A stretch of 63,805 nt of DNA, the filler included, from Octopus bimaculoides (Eukaryota): assembly GCF_001194135.2 (NCBI RefSeq). It is 6 parts of 4 records of this genome, joined end to end, with 100 filler letters (N's around TTAATTAATTAA, not from the genome) between each part and the next. Parts side by side here need not be neighbours in the genome. Positions count along the whole stretch, not along the records: positions 26,752 to 38,041 come from NC_068984.1; positions 38,142 to 54,465 come from NC_068984.1; 4 more parts are not named here. One strand, written 5' to 3'. The stretch's first letter is position 1, and every line of letters begins with the position of its first letter. The notes under the pieces were generated by a model. That model had not been told where the DNA came from and did no database searches. It worked only from the letters and a program-made list of their open reading frames with translations. A program made the position numbers and the translations under genes. Of this stretch, positions 36,403-52,624 are shown in pieces.

Positions 36403-36707
36403 ATATATATTTATATACTGAGGGTGACAAATTGAATATTAATTTCAATTTAAAACCAGTGGTCTAGCATATAAAAAATCTGAAAATTTAGAAAAATTGT
36501 ATTACATGCGTATAAGAAGGGATGACCACTAGGTGGACATCCGATATGCTAGAAAGAGGTCATTAACGACCCAAACACAAAAGAAAAATCATATTCTCCA
36601 GAAAAAATTCACCAAAATACCAGAGCTTAGGCGGGCAGGACAAACAGACGGGTAGACAAGCAGATAGATATACAGGCAGACAGACAGATGGATAGACAGA
36701 CAGACAT

Positions 36708-36766
<59 letters not shown>

Positions 36767-36779
36767 TGAGTGTATATGT

Positions 36780-36985
36780 TTGTGTCTGTGTTTGTCACAC
36801 TCTCCCTGCACCGATTGACAACCGGAATTTGGTCCAATCGTTTACGTTCCTGTGACACAGGGATTCAGCAAATGAGAGCCAGCAAAATAAGTGCCAGTCT
36901 TAAAAACCCAACCCAGTTCTTCGACTGCAACGCTTCAAAGCCTTGTCCCTGCATGGCTGCTCTCCAATAACTGAAGCAAGCAAAA
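36780..36985 (+). mobile_element. SINE family A, diverged 3' half
   Basis: GTGTCTGTGTTTGTC...TTGACAACCGG...GCATGGCTGC...ACTGAAGCAAG. Confidence 0.65.
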
Positions 36986-37841
36986 GATAACAAATTTTCG
37001 AAAGCTACGACAAAGGAATTATCAAAATTCTTCATTATTTCACGCTGTTGATAATACATTTTAGAAAATGAATTTCTCTCACTAAATATGTCTGAGGTTT
37101 TGGGTCAAATTTTGCTAAGAGCCATTATCGCTTACGTCTTACTTGTCGTTGGCGCTGTTATAGAAGCGTTCGCCATTCAAAAAGGGGGAAAAATGCTTTG
37201 CATTCTAAAGGATTATTCCTCATAAAACCATAAACAAATATACCAAACTCACTTATTCCATTAACGCATTCAGATATATCATGGAAACCACAATACCAAT
37301 ACGCCATAACTAGTCTCCTTTTTTTATTATTATTTTGGCTTTGATAGATTTTTTTCCCTTCTTTCACTTGGTAGAGTTAAGTGAGAGACATGTTTAATAA
37401 ATCTTGTTTTGTATGATGTTATTCCACACCAGACATTATATAATTCTTAGAACCAGCCTTACCTCGCTTTTATCTCAAATTGCTAGTTATTATTGTTGGT
37501 GTTGTTGTTGGTGTTGTTGCTGTGCTTTTTGTTGTTGTTGATTTACCATTTGTTTAGTTGTCTTTCATGTGGAGGCTTCCTGTGATTCCATCGTTTCTCC
37601 AAAGTATGATTATATTTGAGTTGCTCAACGAAGTTTTATGCTGTTTGATCTTTCGTTGCAGGATTCTTTTAAAGATCGGTAGAACACACTTGCACGCGCT
37701 TTGTCGTTGTGGAGAGACTGATGTGTGTAGAACATATAACACATACATACATAAATACATACATACATATACATATATATATATAATATATTTGTATATG
37801 TAAGTATATATACACCCATAGATGATATACGTATATAGATA

Positions 37842-37887
<46 letters not shown>

Positions 37888-37945
37888 TATACGTAGATAT
37901 GTATACATAGATATAAATATATATATATATACATACATACATACG

Positions 37946-37986
<41 letters not shown>

Positions 37987-38141
37987 GTATATATATATGT
38001 ATGTATATATATATATGTATATATATATATGTATATATATANNNNNNNNNNNNNNNNNNNNNNNNNNNNNNNNNNNNNNNNNNNNTTAATTAATTAANNN
38101 NNNNNNNNNNNNNNNNNNNNNNNNNNNNNNNNNNNNNNNNN

Positions 38142-38292
38142 CACTACACTGGGCACCACAGCAATATACTATAAAACAACTCACTACACTGGGCACCACA
38201 GCAATATACTATAAAACAACTCACTACACTGGGCACCACAGCAATATACTATAAAACAACTCACTACACTGGGCACCACAGCAATATACTAT
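38142..38292. repeat. 40-bp perfect tandem repeat, about 3.8 copies
   Basis: Unit CACTACACTGGGCACCACAGCAATATACTATAAAACAACT; identical copies with no spacers, starting at a contig edge. Confidence 0.95.
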
Positions 38293-38306
38293 GTAGGACG
38301 AACATT

Positions 38307-38525
38307 GAGGAGGCCAGCTGGCAGAATCACTAACACGCCTGAAAAAATGTTTCGTGCCATTTCGTTCGTCTTTATATTCTGAGCTCAAATTCTACTAAGG
38401 TCGACTTTGCTTTTCATCCTTTCGTGCGTAGATAAAATAAGTAGCAGTTGAGCACTGGAGTCGATGCAATCAACTTACTTCCCTCTTCCGGAAATTGCTG
38501 GGATTGTGCCAAAATGCGAAACCAG
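38307..38525 (+). mobile_element. SINE family B, diverged, third tail type
   Basis: B head and core followed by ...GGAAATTGCTGGGATTGTGCCAAAATGCGAAACCA. Confidence 0.7.
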
Positions 38526-38698
38526 TATACACAACGATACTTAACTGTACAATATTTCATTATTCAGCAATTATAATATTTTTATAGTACGACACTGTTA
38601 TACACTATAGATCCTATAATATATATTATTTGCAAACAAGCAAATACGCAGATATGTAATCCTAATCGCATACATCATATCACACACGCGCACATATG

Positions 38699-40095
38699 AT
38701 GGCAGGCGTTGCTGTGTGGTAAGAAGCTTCCTTCTTACAACACACAATTAAGGCGGCGAGCTGGCAGAAACGTTAGCACGCCGGGCGAAATGTTTACTGG
38801 CATTTCGTCTTCCGTTACGTTTTGAGTTCAAATTCCGCCGAGGTCGACTTTGCCTTTCTTCCTTTCGGGGTCGATAAATTAAGTACCAGTTACGCACTGG
38901 GGTCGATGTAATCGACATAATCTCTTTGTCTGTCCTTGTTTGTCCCCTTTATGTTTAGCCCCTTGTGGGCAATAAAGAAATAAGAAGCTTACTTCCCAAC
39001 CCGTGTTTCGGGTTCAGTCCCACTGTGTGGCACCTTAGGCTAGTGTCTTCTACTATAGCCTTGGGCCGACCAAAGCCTCGTAAGTGTATTTGGTAGACGG
39101 AAACTGAAAGAAGCCCGTCGTATGCATATATATAATGTAAGTATATATTTATCTAAATCTTGTACGACTCTATTCTTTCTTTTATTCTTTCTTTCTTTCT
39201 ATCAGCCCTTTCAAGCTTACTTCGTTCATTCCACTCTTCGTTCTTTCGGTCCCCCTCTCTCACATTTCCTTACCGTCATCTTTATGCTCACTTTCCCTCC
39301 TCTTTTCACTTCACTGTGTCCCTGTCATTTTTTATCGCCCCTCCTTAATTCTTCTGTCCCTCTGCCTCTACTCTCTCTCTNNNNNNNNNNNNNNNNNNNN
39401 NNNNNNNNNNNNNNNNNNNNNNNNNNNNNNNNNNNNNNNNNNNNNNNNNNNNNNNNNNNNNNNNNNNNNNNNNNNNNNNNNNNNNNNNNNNNNNNNNNNN
39501 NNNNNNNNNNNNNNNNNNNNNNNNNNNNNNNNNNNNNNNNNNNNNNNNNNNNNNNNNNNNNNNNNNNNNNNNNNNNNNNNNNNNNNNNNNNNNNNNNNNN
39601 NNNNNNNNNNNNNNNNNNNNNNNNNNNNNNNNNNNNNNNNNNNNNNNNNNNNNNNNNNNNNNNNNNNNNNNNNNNNNNNNNNNNNNNNNNNNNNNNNNNN
39701 NNNNNNNNNNNNNNNNNNNNNNNNNNNNNNNNNNNNNNNNNNNNNNNNNNNNNNNNNNNNNNNNNNNNNNNNNNNNNNNNNNNNNNNNNNNNNNNNNNNN
39801 NNNNNNNNNNNNNNNNNNNNNNNNNNNNNNNNNNNNNNNNNNNNNNNNNNNNNNNNNNNNNNNNNNNNNNNNNNNNNNNNNNNNNNNNNNNNNNNNNNNN
39901 NNNNNNNNNNNNNNNNNNNNNNNNNNNNNNNNNNNNNNNNNNNNNNNNNNNNCTTAGCGGCTTAGTAAAAGAGACCTATAGAATAAGTACTAGGCTTACA
40001 AAGAACAAGTCCTGGGGTCGATTTTTTCGACTAAAACCCTTCAAGGCGGTGCTCCTGCATGGCGGTAGTCAAATGACTGAAACAAGTAAAAGAAT
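38699..40095 (+). mobile_element. SINE family A, split by a SINE B insertion (38749-38984) and by a CT-rich tract and gap; tail at 39953-40095
   Basis: Head at 38699-38741, continuation at 38981-39123, and 3' half after the gap. Confidence 0.75.
38749..38984 (+). mobile_element. SINE family B, full-length (tail type 1), nested in SINE A
   Basis: Near-consensus head and core with tail TTTGTCTGTCCTTGTTTGTCCCC..ATGTTTAGCCCCTTGTGGGCAATAAAGAAATAAG. Confidence 0.92.
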
Positions 40096-40726
40096 AAAAG
40101 AATAAAAGAATATATATACACACGCGCACGTGCCACGCTCTACTTTTACCACATTCCCAAAATGCACATATAAATGCATACACATACGAAAAATATATTC
40201 ACATACATATGTATGCAGACAAACACACACACACACACACACTCACGCACGCGCATGCGCAATTATATACCCATATACAGATACGCATGCACTCCGCAGA
40301 TTAATAAGAAGCATTATTACCCCTACGTACGCACACACATACACACATAGCAGCGACTACTGCACCTACTTATATATACATACACATGCACGTGCAAACA
40401 TGCGCGTGCCCCCCCCCCCCACACACACACATACACACGCACACATGCACACACTCAAACACATGCAGAAACACAGAAATGAATTTATACATCCGCACAG
40501 CAGCCATCGTATTATATATACCCAGACACACAACCTACATTACACACATACGTGCACAGACGCATAGGTGGGCACGCGCGTACACAGACATACACACACA
40601 CACACACACACACACGCATACACACACGCATACACACAGACATACACGCGCACTTGTTCGCATCCTACTCCACACGTACACATCCCATGCAAACCATACG
40701 CATACTTGCTTACGATACTCCATGCA

Positions 40727-40773
<47 letters not shown>

Positions 40774-41256
40774 GAACACATATACACACACACACGCTTA
40801 CACATACATATACATGCACACGCATACACATGCGCACACACGCACACACAAGCACAAACTAGACACAATCGATAATACCGTCAGAACGATTGAAATCTGT
40901 GCACCACCGCCTCCCCTTCACTTGTTGCTTTTCTCCTACCTCCCACCATTCCCTCTGCCTCATTTCCTTCCACCCCTCTCATACGCCCTCCCCTGCTTTT
41001 ACCCCATCCTTCCTTTCTTCCTTCTCCCTTCATTCCTCCCTTTAATCCGTCCTCCCTTCCTCCACCTATTTAATACCACGCACCCATCCCATTATTCGTT
41101 GCCATAGTTACATTATAACTCTGCTCTATTTACCAGATCGCATCAATACAATCCGCTCACTAATAATGGGTTTCTTCCCTTAGTTTGTTCATCGTTTGTT
41201 ACAGGCTTGTTTATCCCATGTTTACTATCTGTTCATATAATATATAGTGTCTGTTC

Positions 41257-41371
41257 ATCAGCCCTACTGCGTGGCACTTTGGGTCTGTGTCTTCTACTAT
41301 TGCCCCGGGCTGACCCAATTCGTGGGAATGAATTTAGTAGACGGAAACTGAAAGGAGCCTGTTGTTTATAT

Positions 41372-41410
<39 letters not shown>

Positions 41411-41654
41411 CACACACATACCAGGCGTAGTTCCAAGAATTTTTCGAAGGGAGTCACAAGGTCAGAAGGGAATGCAATTTCAGGAGAAAAGGGCGTAATA
41501 ACATTATTTAGAAGGGCGCACTTTTCTTGAGGAGGCACGTGCCTCTCAGACTCCTCTTGGGTCCGTCCCTGCACACACACACACACACACACACATANNN
41601 NNNNNNNNNNNNNNNNNNNNNNNNNNNNNNNNNNNNNNNNNNNNNNNNNNNNNN

Positions 41655-41688
<34 letters not shown>

Positions 41689-41704
41689 TAAAGAAAAAGA
41701 GAGA

Positions 41705-41759
<55 letters not shown>

Positions 41760-41970
41760 CAATTTGTATGTCTTCGTATTTGAGTTTGTCCACCACCACC
41801 GCTTGACAGCCGGTGTTGATTTGTTTACGCCTTCATAACTTAGCGTTTCACTAAAACGATATCGATAGAATAAGTACCAGGCTTAAAAAAAAGATAAATA
41901 CTAAGTTCGATTTGTTCGACTACACCTTTCAAGGCGATGCCCCAGCGTGGCCGCAGTCCAATAAGTAAAA
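41257..41970 (+). mobile_element. SINE family A, split by a MITE, microsatellites and a gap
   Basis: 5' half at 41257-41365 and 3' half at 41765-41970. Confidence 0.65.
41422..41572. mobile_element. Degenerate hAT-like MITE inside a (TG)/(CA) tract of a SINE
   Basis: Imperfect TIRs CAGGCGTAGTTCCAAGA and TCTTGGGTCCGTCCCTG, with GGCACGTGCC near the right end. Confidence 0.45.
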
Positions 41971-42673
41971 CATGTTAAATATAAAAGTAAAATCTTTACT
42001 ATCTGTCTGTCGCATGTTCATTGTGCATGAACATGGCATACTCAATGTCCGTGTTCATGACATGTTCAACGTCCGTGATCATGACGTTCATTGCATGTTT
42101 AAGGTATGCTTACTGCCAATTTATGGTGTATTTACAAACTGTTTATAGAACGTTTAGCGTCTGTTTATATTAGGTTTACTGTCCGTTTATGCTATGTTTA
42201 TTGACTATTCATGATATATTTACTGTCGCTTTATCGTACGTTTACTCTCTGTCAATGGCTTTTTTAATTTTAATTTTTTTAAATTTTTTATCATTTCCTG
42301 GTTACGCTCTCGAGAGAGCGGCCAAGCTAGGGCACTGCTTCGAGGGTTTTAGTCAAATATTGCCATCTCAGTATTTGTCTCATTCTACAACTTATTCCAT
42401 TGGTTCCTAATTTATTATTTTTATGTAACTGTCCTCTATTTTTTTAACTAGCAGAGTTGTGCCAAACACAAACCACAAACACAATACATACATACATACA
42501 TACATACATACATACACACGTACATACATGCATACATAAAGACACACATAAACATATGTGAATGTTTGTATATTAAACATTTTTTTCTTTATAGTTTCAG
42601 CTTAGAGCTGCGGCCATGCTGATGCACCATATCTATACAAATATATGCATACATACATACATACATACATACA

Positions 42674-42707
<34 letters not shown>

Positions 42708-42767
42708 CATGCATATATAGATACATTTGTATAAATTGATATATATAGTTATTTATAAGTGCTTTAT

Positions 42768-43135
42768 ACAGGAGTAGCTGAGTGGTAAGTAGCTTGCTTA
42801 CCAACTACATGGTTCTGAGTTCAGTCCCACTGCGTGGTACCTTGCGCAAGTGTCTTCTAATATAGCCTCTAGCCGACCAAAGCCCTGTGATTGGATTTGG
42901 TAGACGGAAACTGAAAGAAGCCTGTCATATATGTATATATGTGTGTATTTGCCCTTACTAACATCGCTTGACCGATGCTGGTGTGTTTACGTCCCCGTAA
43001 TCTAGCGGTTCGGCAAAAAAGAACGATAGAATAAGTACTAAGTTTACAAAGAACAAGTCATGGGGTCGATTTGCTCGACTAAAGGCGGTGCTCCAGCATG
43101 GCCGCAGTCTAATGACTGAAACAAGTAAAAGAATA
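42768..43135 (+). mobile_element. SINE family A, full-length with a short internal tract
   Basis: Near-consensus head, core and tail GGCGGTGCTCCAGCATGGCCGCAGTCTAATGACTGAAACAAGTAAAAGAAT. Confidence 0.92.
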
Positions 43136-43201
43136 CATGTATATCTCTCTATCTATGTGTATGCCTCTGTGTCTGTGTGCGTGTGTGTTTATGTATGTAT
43201 G

Positions 43202-43278
<77 letters not shown>

Positions 43279-43729
43279 ATATTAGGCACTACTGTTGAAA
43301 TAATCCCATTAGGAAGGTGACCAGCAATTCCAGCTCGTCTTCCAAAATTCAAAAGTACCACAGATGTCTCCCCGCATGATAACCATCCAATAACGTTTAC
43401 GATCCCGTTTTGATTTCATCACCCGTCGATGGAACGACCCTTTCAGCTTTATTGTCATTTTAGAAAACATGACACTCGTCAAAACATCACTACTTTTGTT
43501 CGCCTGTCAAGAATCGGATTCACGTTTAGGTTTTCCATACGAAAACTTCTACCAGACTATATAACTAATTCTACTCACGTGAGCAAGTCGATAGATTATT
43601 GCGTCACTGTCCTTATAGATGAATTTACGGTTATTTTCCCACATTTTCTATTGTTTCGCTCCTTATTGGTCGTCCTGAATGTTCATATTTAACCACACTC
43701 GACTGACATTATGCATCCAACTGAAATTG

Positions 43730-43862
43730 CGCATCAAACTGAAAACTCAGAAGCCGACTTTAAGACTGTACACCAAAATCTTGAAGTGTATTCTGGATCT
43801 TTATAGCAGAATTACCGAGTTTTATGTAAAATTTGATGCAGGCACATTGCTGGAATTTGTCA
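43730..43862 (-). pseudogene. mariner transposase extreme N-terminus fragment
   Basis: Minus strand gives ADKFQQCACIKFYIKLGNSAIKIQNTLQDFG, matching the mariner Q R..IKF..KLG.SA pattern. Confidence 0.55.
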
Positions 43863-44759
43863 GCCGTAGTAGAAATCAGAGAGCTGTTCGAATATAAATT
43901 AATAAACTCGCCTAATAACTGTACACAAATAATCATTATAGAACCTATTTGCGACGAAGTAAGCTGGAGTCAATTCGAAGCTACAGTATAAGACATTTGC
44001 TCAAGATGTACAGTGATCCATTGACTAAGTCCACCTTCTTGCTAACATTCTGATCTCAGGAATAACGCGCTATATTAAAGAGTTATTTTCTACTGCAACA
44101 TCGTGCGTAGTTCCACCTTTCTTAGGAGAGTATAGATAGTAATAATTCCCCAGCAGAGATCGCCATTAGATAGGACAGTCGTAACACATTAAAATACTAC
44201 TGTATTTGCTAGGTCAGCCAGTTGAAATTCTTATAAGAATCGAAGAGTTGATGAACGACTACTCATTAAACATGGTTTACTCCCCCTTTCTTCCTACAGG
44301 CTTACTAATTCTTCAAAGCCCATTGGTGTCGCCCTTTCTCAATTCAATAGTCGTTTATATTTTTTTGTTGTTGTTTTAATTTTGTGGCACACTGGAGATC
44401 AAAAAAAAATTGTGGACTTCATGTATTTCAAGATGATCAAGAATTAGTGTGGATATATTGAAGTCTTAAAAAGCATCTTTAAGAATTTGTGACGCACACA
44501 GATACCTTTTCGTATGCAGAGACTTTGTAACTACCCACACTTATATGTGAGCCTAGTGATTAGGGTGTTGCGCTCACGATCATGTACGATTGATTCTTGG
44601 ACAGAGCGGCATGGTGTGTTCCTGTTTGTTCGATGTTTCGCTGGGTTAAAAGGTAGCAGGGGAATCGAAAGCACGTGACTACTTGGGAACCTAAAACAAT
44701 TAGTGAAAGCATAGTACATTCTGCTCTGTCATAGTCGCATGCTTTTTTTTCACGTTTTT

Positions 44760-44817
<58 letters not shown>

Positions 44818-45274
44818 GTCTGTCTGCCTTCAGTGTAACCGGCCAAAACTGAAAGGATAATTTGGTAACTTGACTGATGAGAGGAGGCTGCGAATGACTT
44901 GTCCTTGTTTTTTTCTGTCCGTCTTTGTATCGTCTATCTGTCCGGATGTTCTATTGTCATCTGTTGCGTTCATGTTCCATTTTTTTGTGATTTATATATA
45001 CATATAACGGTGTCCATACAATTTGGCTCACCTCGTAAGTAGGTATATAAATATATATATATATATATATAAAGAACTCAAATGGGTTACGGTTCACTAT
45101 ACCTGNNNNNNNNNNNNNNNNNNNNNNNNNNNNNNNNNNNNNNNNNNNNNNNNNNNNNNNNNNNNNNNNNNNNNNNNNNNNNNNNNNNNNNNNNNNNNNN
45201 NNNNNNNNNNNNNNNNNNNNNNNNNNNNNNNNNNNNNNNNNNNNNNNNNNNNNNNNNATATATATATATATATA

Positions 45275-45565
45275 TAAAGAACTCAAATGGGTTACGGTTC
45301 ACTATACCTGTTTCAGACGCGGTTTTTATTGATGAATAAACTGATTTACATCAAGAAAGTTACTTGTTGCTGAAATAAAAGAGGGTCAACACACATTCCA
45401 TATCTTGATGTTTTTTCTGAATCAAATTTTAAATTTAAATTTGAAGTTTTTAATTCACCTGAAGAAAACGCTTTTTTTTTTCATGCTGTAATCAGTTAAT
45501 TCACCAATAAAAAAAAAACGCGTCTGAAATAGCTGTAGTAAACTTTGACCCATTTGAGTTCTTTA
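45275..45565. mobile_element. MITE with about 75-bp imperfect TIRs and TA ends
   Basis: The left end TAAAGAACTCAAATGGGTTACGGTTCACTATACCTGTTTCAGACGCG...ACTGATTTACA mirrors the right end TGTAATCAGT...CGCGTCTGAAATAGCTGTAGTAAACTTTGACCCATTTGAGTTCTTTA. Confidence 0.85.
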
Positions 45566-45890
45566 TGCAAAGCACCACACCTAGACCCTCCCTGCGTTGG
45601 ATCTGGAACTCACAGTGGATCGTGAAGCTGCGTACCTACCTCCATGTATATATAATTTCATATACATGTATATTTGTATGGATGTGAATATTGATTGCTT
45701 CATAAGCATGTATATGTAAGTGTTGAGACATGTCCACATATACATTTACAAAATATGCGTGAGTGTCCGTATACAGCATATAACGAATATGCTAATCACA
45801 ACCATCACTTGGTGTCCTTATTAAAATACCTTGAATCAAATGAATCCTACAAATAATTAATTAGTTAATTATAAACATACACGCACACAG

Positions 45891-45921
<31 letters not shown>

Positions 45922-46194
45922 ATATCCTTATTAAGTTCATTCACTGAACCATCATGATTATCTAGTGCAGATTAATAAAATATAGTATATATACATGTGG
46001 TTATTTATAAATATATGTGCATACGAACACACACACACACACACACACATACACACACATACACACATGCATACGTGTTTCTCTATGTGTGTGTGCGTGC
46101 GTGCGTGCGTGCATGCGTGTGTGTGTTTGATTTTATCTCTTGGTAGGCGTAGAAACAATTTATTAATGTCAGTTCAGAAGGTTTCTACCATAAT

Positions 46195-46347
46195 ATTTTA
46201 TCTTTTATTTGCTTTAGTCATTTGACTGCGGCCCGAACAAATCGACCCAACCCTTGTGCTTATTTTTTAAGCTTTGTCCTTATTTTATCGGACTGCTAAG
46301 TTATAGGAATGTAAATAAACCAGTATCGTTTGCTAAGCGGTAATGAT

Positions 46348-46350
<3 letters not shown>
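46195..46350 (-). mobile_element. SINE family A, 3' half
   Basis: TTTAGTCATTTGACTGCGGCC...AATCGACCC...GCTAAGTTA. Confidence 0.7.
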
Positions 46351-46402
<52 letters not shown>

Positions 46403-47195
46403 NNNNNNNNNNNNNNNNNNNNNNNNNNNNNNNNNNNNNNNNNNNNNNNNNNNNNNNNNNNNNNNNNNNNNNNNNNNNNNNNNNNNNNNNNNNNNNNNNN
46501 NNNNNNNNNNNNNNNNNNNNNNNNNNNNNNNNNNNNNNNNNNNNNNNNNNNNNNNNNNNNNNNNNNNNNNNNNNNNNNNNNNNNNNNNNNNNNNNNNNNN
46601 NNNNNNNNNNNNNNNNNNNNNNNNNNNNNNNNNNNNNNNNNNNNNNNNNNNNNNNNNNNNNNNNNNNNNNNNNNNNNNNNNNNNNNNNNNNNNNNNNNNN
46701 NNNNNNNNNNNNNNNNNNNNNNNNNNNNNNNNNNNNNNNNNNNNNNNNNNNNNNNNNNNNNNNNNNNNNNNNNNNNNNNNNNNNNNNNNNNNNNNNNNNN
46801 NNNNNNNNNNNNNNNNNNNNNNNNNNNNNNNNNNNNNNNNNNNNNNNNNNNNNNNNNNNNNNNNNNNNNNNNNNNNNNNNNNNNNNNNNNNNNNNNNNNN
46901 NNNNNNNNNNNNNNNNNNNNNNNNNNNNNNNNNNNNNNNNNNNNNNNNNNNNNNNNNNNNNNNNNNNNNNNNNNNNNNNNNNNNNNNNNNNNNNNNNNNN
47001 NNNNNNNNNNNNNNNNNNNNNNNNNNNNNNNNNNNNNNNNNNNNNNNNNNNNNNNNNNNNNNNNNNNNNNNNNNNNNNNNNNNNNNNNNNNNNNNNNNNN
47101 NNNNNNNNNNNNNNNNNNNNNNNNNNNNNNNNNNNNNNNNNNNNNNNNNNNNNNNNNNNNNNNNNNNNNNNNNNNNNNNNNNNNNNNNNNNNNNN

Positions 47196-47249
<54 letters not shown>

Positions 47250-47251
47250 TA

Positions 47252-47302
<51 letters not shown>

Positions 47303-48085
47303 TAGATATAGATATATATATATGTGCATATAAGCGATTGGGCGTGTATGTCCGTGTATATAATATGTGGTTAAAGTACACATGTGTTTGTGTATATAAG
47401 TATATAGGCATGTCTGTATATGGGTGTATATACTTTTATGTGCATGAGCGTGTGTAGATGTGTGTTAGTGCATGTGCGTGAGCGTTTGTATATTAGTATA
47501 TTTGTGCGTTTGTGTATGTATGTGTACAAGTGAATGTTGGTATATGTGTGTGAGTGCGTCTGTGTGTGTGTGTGTGTGTGGTGTCTATGTGTTTGCTGTG
47601 TTTCTGCTTTTGTGCATGCACTTGTGTTTATATGTGCTTTTGTGCAGGTGTATGTATGCGTGAGTGTGTGTGTGTGTGTGTGTGAGTGTAAGGTGTGAGT
47701 GTTTGCACGCGAACATGTGTGTGCGTGTGAGTGTCAGGTAGTAGAAGTAGCGCAGCCAGTTGATTGTATGAGGTGAGTTGTATCAACACCTTGATGTTTG
47801 TATGTGTAGGAGTTTGATAAAGGAAGAGATAGTTTCCGGGGGATAAGAATGGAGTGTATATTGTAAGCATGTGCGTGAAAGAGAGAGAGAGAAGGGGAGA
47901 AAGGGAGAGGGAGAAAAGGAGAGGGAGAGAAAGATAACAAAGGAATAGGCAGAATGAGTGGGAGAGAGGGAGTGAGAGGGTAGAAGGTGAGGGAAGTTGG
48001 AAAGGTGGTGGGACCGGAAAGGAAGGAAAAGGCGTACGTGAGTGAGAGAGAAAGAAAACTGAATGGGTATGAAAAACCGGTGGGG

Positions 48086-48162
<77 letters not shown>

Positions 48163-48224
48163 GAGGAAGAGAGAGATTGTACAAGACTGAGGGTGAGAAA
48201 AAGTAAACTACAGAGGGGCTAACC

Positions 48225-48263
<39 letters not shown>

Positions 48264-48540
48264 GAGGGGAGAGATGGGACGATAGCACTCTTCATTGACA
48301 ATTTTTGAAGTTGAAGGAGGGAAGACTGATAAAAAGAAACAAAGGGCAAAATCAAGAAAGAGAGAGAGAGAAAGAGAGAGAGGAAGTGAGACAGAGAGAG
48401 AGAGGGAGGAAGAGAGATAGAAAGAGAGAGAGGGATAGAAAGAGAGACAGACAGGGATCATTGTTCACGCCTAAAAGATATGATATGGTGTAAAATTGTC
48501 TGGGATGTTTTAGTGTAGCGGTAGTAAGGATCAAGAGGAT

Positions 48541-48705
48541 ATTCTTTTCTTTTCTACTCTAGGCACAAGGCACGAACTTTTGGGGGAGGGGGCCAGTCAA
48601 ATAGATTGAACCAGTACACAACTGGTACTTAATTTATTGACCCTGAAAGTGTGAAAGGCAAAGTCCACCTCGGCGGAATTTGAACTCAGAACGCGAAGAC
48701 AGACG
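48541..48705 (-). mobile_element. SINE family B, 5'-truncated (tail type 2)
   Basis: B core with tail (minus strand) ...CCCCCAAAAGTTCGTGCCTTGTGCCTAGAGTAGAAAAGAAAAGAAT. Confidence 0.82.
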
Positions 48706-48751
48706 AGAGGATCAAGATGATATTATTAAGTAAGTAAGGGATTGTTTCCTG

Positions 48752-49092
48752 TACATACATACATACATACATACATACATACATACATACATACATACAC
48801 GTACATACATACATACATACATACATACATACATACATACATACATGCATACATACATACATACATACACGTACATACATACATACAGACATATACATAC
48901 ATACATGCATACATACATACACACATGCACACATACATAATACATACATACATGCATGCGTACATACATGCATACATACATTCATACATATATATACATA
49001 CATACATGCATACATGCATACATACACACATTCATATACATACATACATACATACATACATACATACATACATACACACATACATACATACA
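48752..49092. repeat. (TACA)n-based compound microsatellite
   Basis: Read directly; lies just upstream of R4 element 1. Confidence 0.95.
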
Positions 49093-49199
49093 GCATGGCA
49101 AACTTAGAGTACTCTTTAAGTTGCCTTTTTGAACATTTTCTTCAACAACTTTACTGATACCAACACAAGCAGTACTACGACACACTGAATTATTTAACA

Positions 49200-52420
<3,221 letters not shown>

Positions 52421-52624
52421 CAACGCTTCCCCTAAAAGAAATGGAGAAACTTTCAAAATACAAAGACCTGGAAATAAAGGTAACTCGAATGTGGAATCTA
52501 AAAACAGAAACAATTCCTATCATAAGTAGGTGCCTCAGGTATAATAAAAAAATATTCAGACAAATACATAACGAAAGCACCAGGACTTACAAGTATATAT
52601 AACATACAGGAAATTGCACTACTG
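52421..52624 (+). mobile_element. R4/Dong-type C-terminal fragment (element 2)
   Basis: Translates as KEMEKLSKYKDLEIKVTRMWNLKTETIPII..ALGIIKKYSDKYITKAPGLTSIYNIQEIALL, with a frameshift. This is the RLE C-terminus. It is truncated at both ends. Confidence 0.85.

Noticed and set aside
38142-38292. CRISPR-like array
   Set aside because: The units are directly adjacent with no spacers, there are no cas genes, and the context is eukaryotic.
45066-45105. Tandem duplication of the MITE left end on both sides of a gap
   Set aside because: The 40 bp are identical to 45271-45310 and flank an N run, typical of an uncollapsed contig overlap.
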